The notes under the pieces: generated by a model | Told to the model about the DNA's origin: nothing | What the model saw: only the letters and a program-made list of their open reading frames with translations | The model's database searches: none | Translations under genes and position numbers: made by a program | Source of the DNA: Rebecca billardiae RCC1528 | Taxonomy: Eukaryota > Protista > Haptophyta | Assembly (NCBI GenBank): GCA_965240325.2 | Contig: OZ251222.1 | Span: 4,092,001 to 4,156,000 of the forward strand | Reading direction: 5' to 3' | DNA: 64,000 nt | In this document: positions 61,106 to 64,000 of the stretch, in pieces | Layout: each line of letters begins with the position of its first letter | Numbering within the stretch: position 1 is the stretch's first letter

Positions 61106-63071
61106 ATGCGCGCGGATGGGGCTGAGCCGCAGGAGCAGGCGCCCGCCGTGGAAGAGGCTTTCCCCGGTCTCGGTGCGCTCTCGGACGAGCCGCACCTGCT
61201 TGCGACGGTGTTCACGCACCTGCCGTTCAACCTGATTGGCGCGGTGTCGCTCGTCTGCCGCACGTGGGCCGAGGTCGCAGCCGATCCGCACTGGAAGCCC
61301 GACGTGGTGCTGTTCGCGTGGGGGCATCACACGTGCACGGGCCTCGACGACGACTGCGGTCGGCCGACGCTGCTCGAGTTCTCGCTCCGCCAGCCGATCC
61401 AGCAGATCGCCTGCTCGCACGCCGCCACGCTGGCGCTCACAGTCGGGGGCGAGGTGTTCCACTGGGGCACCGACTGCCGCATGGAGGTGGGCTGGACGCC
61501 CGAGCCGCGGCGAGTCGAGCCGCTGCGCGACATCGCGTCCGTCGCATGCAGCGTGCCGGGCTACCACCACGGCCGATCGTCGCAGGTCGAGGCCTATCAC
61601 TGCGCCGCGGTTGGGCGCGATGGCTCGCTGTTCACATGGGGGTACGCGGCGCGCGGCCAGCTGTGCGTCGAGCCCAAGTGCAGCGACGGCGAGCTGCTCT
61701 CGCAGGAGGACGCTGACTTTGTCGGCCTCCAAGTGCGCGAGTATGGGTGCGTGGGCTGGGTGCACCACCCCATGCGCGTGCGCCGCTTCGGCCCGCCCAC
61801 CGAGCGGACGGCCGCGCACGTGCTCTCGCGAGGCCGCGCCGTCGAGCGCGTGCGACACGCCTGCTGCGGCCTCACGTGGACTGCGCTCTGCATCGAGCGC
61901 GAGGAGGTGGTGGCAGAGGCAGAGGGCGACGAGGAGTCAGACGAGGCACGCGCGGAGGGCGGCAACGCCGCGTGCTCTGCGCTCCTCACCGAGATCGCCC
62001 TTGTCGAGCGCGCCGCGCCTGGCGCTGACAGCGGCGGCGGCGGCGGCCACAGTGACGACGGCGGCGATGAGAGGTCGGGCCCCAAGCCGGGCGGCGTGGA
62101 CGTCGGCGCTTCGCTGCATTACCACGGCGGCGCGGCCGCGCCGCTCATGCTCGTCAAATCGAACCGGCCGTCCGCCCTGCGAGCGGCCCTCGAGAAGCTG
62201 CCGCCGGGCTCCCAGGTGCTCGCGCCCGACGGCCGCGCCGTGCAGCTGCGTGCGGGCGTTCTGATCGCGCGCGTCACGGCGGTCGAGGTGTGCGGCCACT
62301 TCTGCCGAGAGCGGCCGCACATGCTGGCGGAGGAGCCCGAGCTGCGCGGTGTGCCACTGCGCGCGCTCGTCGCTGGCGGCTTCCATTGCTGCGCGCTCAC
62401 GTGCGCCGGCCAGTTGTACACCTTCGGCGACACGGTGTGCGCGCGTCCATGCGTGGCGGGCCGAGGCGGCACGTCCGTGCCGGGCACCGTGCCCGCTCGC
62501 GCGCGCTCATCCGTCCCTCGCCCTCCGCGCGCGCTGCGCGCCGTTTCGTGCCGCGCCGCAGGTCGGCCGGGACCTCTCGAACGGGAACCTCCTCGGGCTG
62601 GGCGCCGAGCCCATCCTGCTCGGCTGCCCGCCCCGGCGCGTGGGCTTCCTGGGCGAGGTGCGCGAGGTGAGCGCCTCCACGTACATGTCGGTTGCGATCA
62701 GCGAGGGCGGCGGCGTGTTCACGTGGGGCGACTCGGACGGCGGCGCGCTCGGGCACAGCCAGCGCGAGTGCGACGTGCCGACGATGGTGAGCGCGCTCGC
62801 GGGGCTCGACGCGGCGTACGCTGCCGCGTCGTACACCAACGGCGGCATCGTCACCGCCGAGGGGCGCGCCTTCATGTGGGGCGGCACTGACTGGGAGTAC
62901 GGCATCACGCGCGACTCGGCAGTTGGCGCGCACGATGGGCCGCGCGAGCTGCGCTGGGGCGGCGTGCCCGCGTGCTACAAGTGCTCCTCGATGGCGCTCG
63001 CGCACCGCCACGGCTACCTGCTCTTCCGCAAACAGCGGGTGCACACATCTAGCAGTTCGCCTGCGCCATGA
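61106..63071 (+). CDS. F-box plus RCC1-repeat protein; intron 62435-62561
   Basis: F-box LLATVFTHLP...SLVCRTW; RCC1 motifs G.VF.WG, GSLFTWG...GQL, GQLYTFG, VFTWG...GALGH. Confidence 0.85.
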
Positions 63072-64000
63072 TGGATTGACGATGACGGCCGCCGGATCGT
63101 CATCGCGCGGCAGCGGTGAGCGCGGATGCTGAGTGGTGACTCCGACTCGCGTCGAGTCCGACGTCCGAGTGGCGAGTTACCGACTCCGTCTCCGTCGTCC
63201 GCAGCATGCTGATGGGTGTCGTCCGATGGGCCGGTGACAGTTGGCGGGCGTCAATCTCGCGCCTGCTTGAGCTGGTGTGCTAACTACTACCTTATCCATA
63301 GTATCTCTTTGTTGGCCGCGGGGAAGATACGCTAGCGTATCTTCGATGGCGCCCCGGCGCGCGTGAGCTCTGACGGCGCGTAGGAGGCGCGCGCGAGGGC
63401 GGCCGCGGGCGCGATTGATGCCTGGGACCTCAACGACAACTCACATGACGAGACATTCTCTTCTGATGCCGATGACGGCCCTCCAGAGGCGACCGCGCTC
63501 GACGACGGTCGTGATTTGGACGACTGCGGCGCTGCGCGGCGTGAGGCGGAGGAAAGCGGCGCGGCGCAGGGCTTCGAGTGGGCTGTGGCGATGGAGCAAC
63601 TTATCATCGTCAACGCCATCGCCCCGAGTGCCACCGCGCTGCCGCACGCCACGCCAGTTGCGCCAGTGCAAGCTACGCGCGGCCGCTGCGGCACGAGCCG
63701 GGGGCGTGGCCAGCAGCGCGGTGGCCGCGGTGCCTGAGCAGGGCGTTGCAGGTGCGACCAGCGCGCCGCTGCCACCGCGCGCTCGTCAACAGTTGATGGA
63801 GTCGCGAATGCCGTACGTCCCGCCGACTAGCCCGCCCTGTGTGCTGTCGCCGTGACCCCTCAATGCTGTTGGTCGTCCGACGACGAGCTGCCGAGCGCGT
63901 CGCTGAGCGTGTCGCTCAAAACGTCAGTCGTGGAGCTCTCTGACGTGCGCGGCGCTTGCTGCCCATTAAGTCAATCATGTTGGGCACCTCCTGGGGCACC

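Noticed and set aside
63332-63855. Coding-like fragment near window end
   Set aside because: No clear start, splice structure or motif; cannot choose a strand

Overview
Very GC-rich, gene-dense eukaryotic nuclear DNA. A ChlM with a signal-peptide/AFAP-type presequence, (CG)n-rich introns and a GC-AG intron point to an alga with a complex red plastid, most plausibly a haptophyte (inference). About 24 protein genes are present, including ChlM, TRM13, PRP22/DHX8, RPB3, ESF1, a KxDL protein, a LYR protein, WD40, TPR, TBC, GAF, F-box/RCC1, ankyrin, a GT29-like protein and 3-4 sulfotransferase-fold proteins. Many sit head-to-head. The outstanding region is 8.1-19.2 kb: two apparently identical 790-bp direct repeats, each flanked by TA, enclose a 7.7-kb module with its own 9-bp inverted ends, an intact IS630/Tc1/mariner transposase with unusual DD47E spacing, and a 14 x 417-bp tandem array with higher-order periodicity. 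This unit is nested in an older TIR element. The junctions fit a composite transposon or a circle-derived cointegrate. A conserved 48-nt intergenic micro-element also recurs 4-5 times. All calls are by eye, with no database searches.
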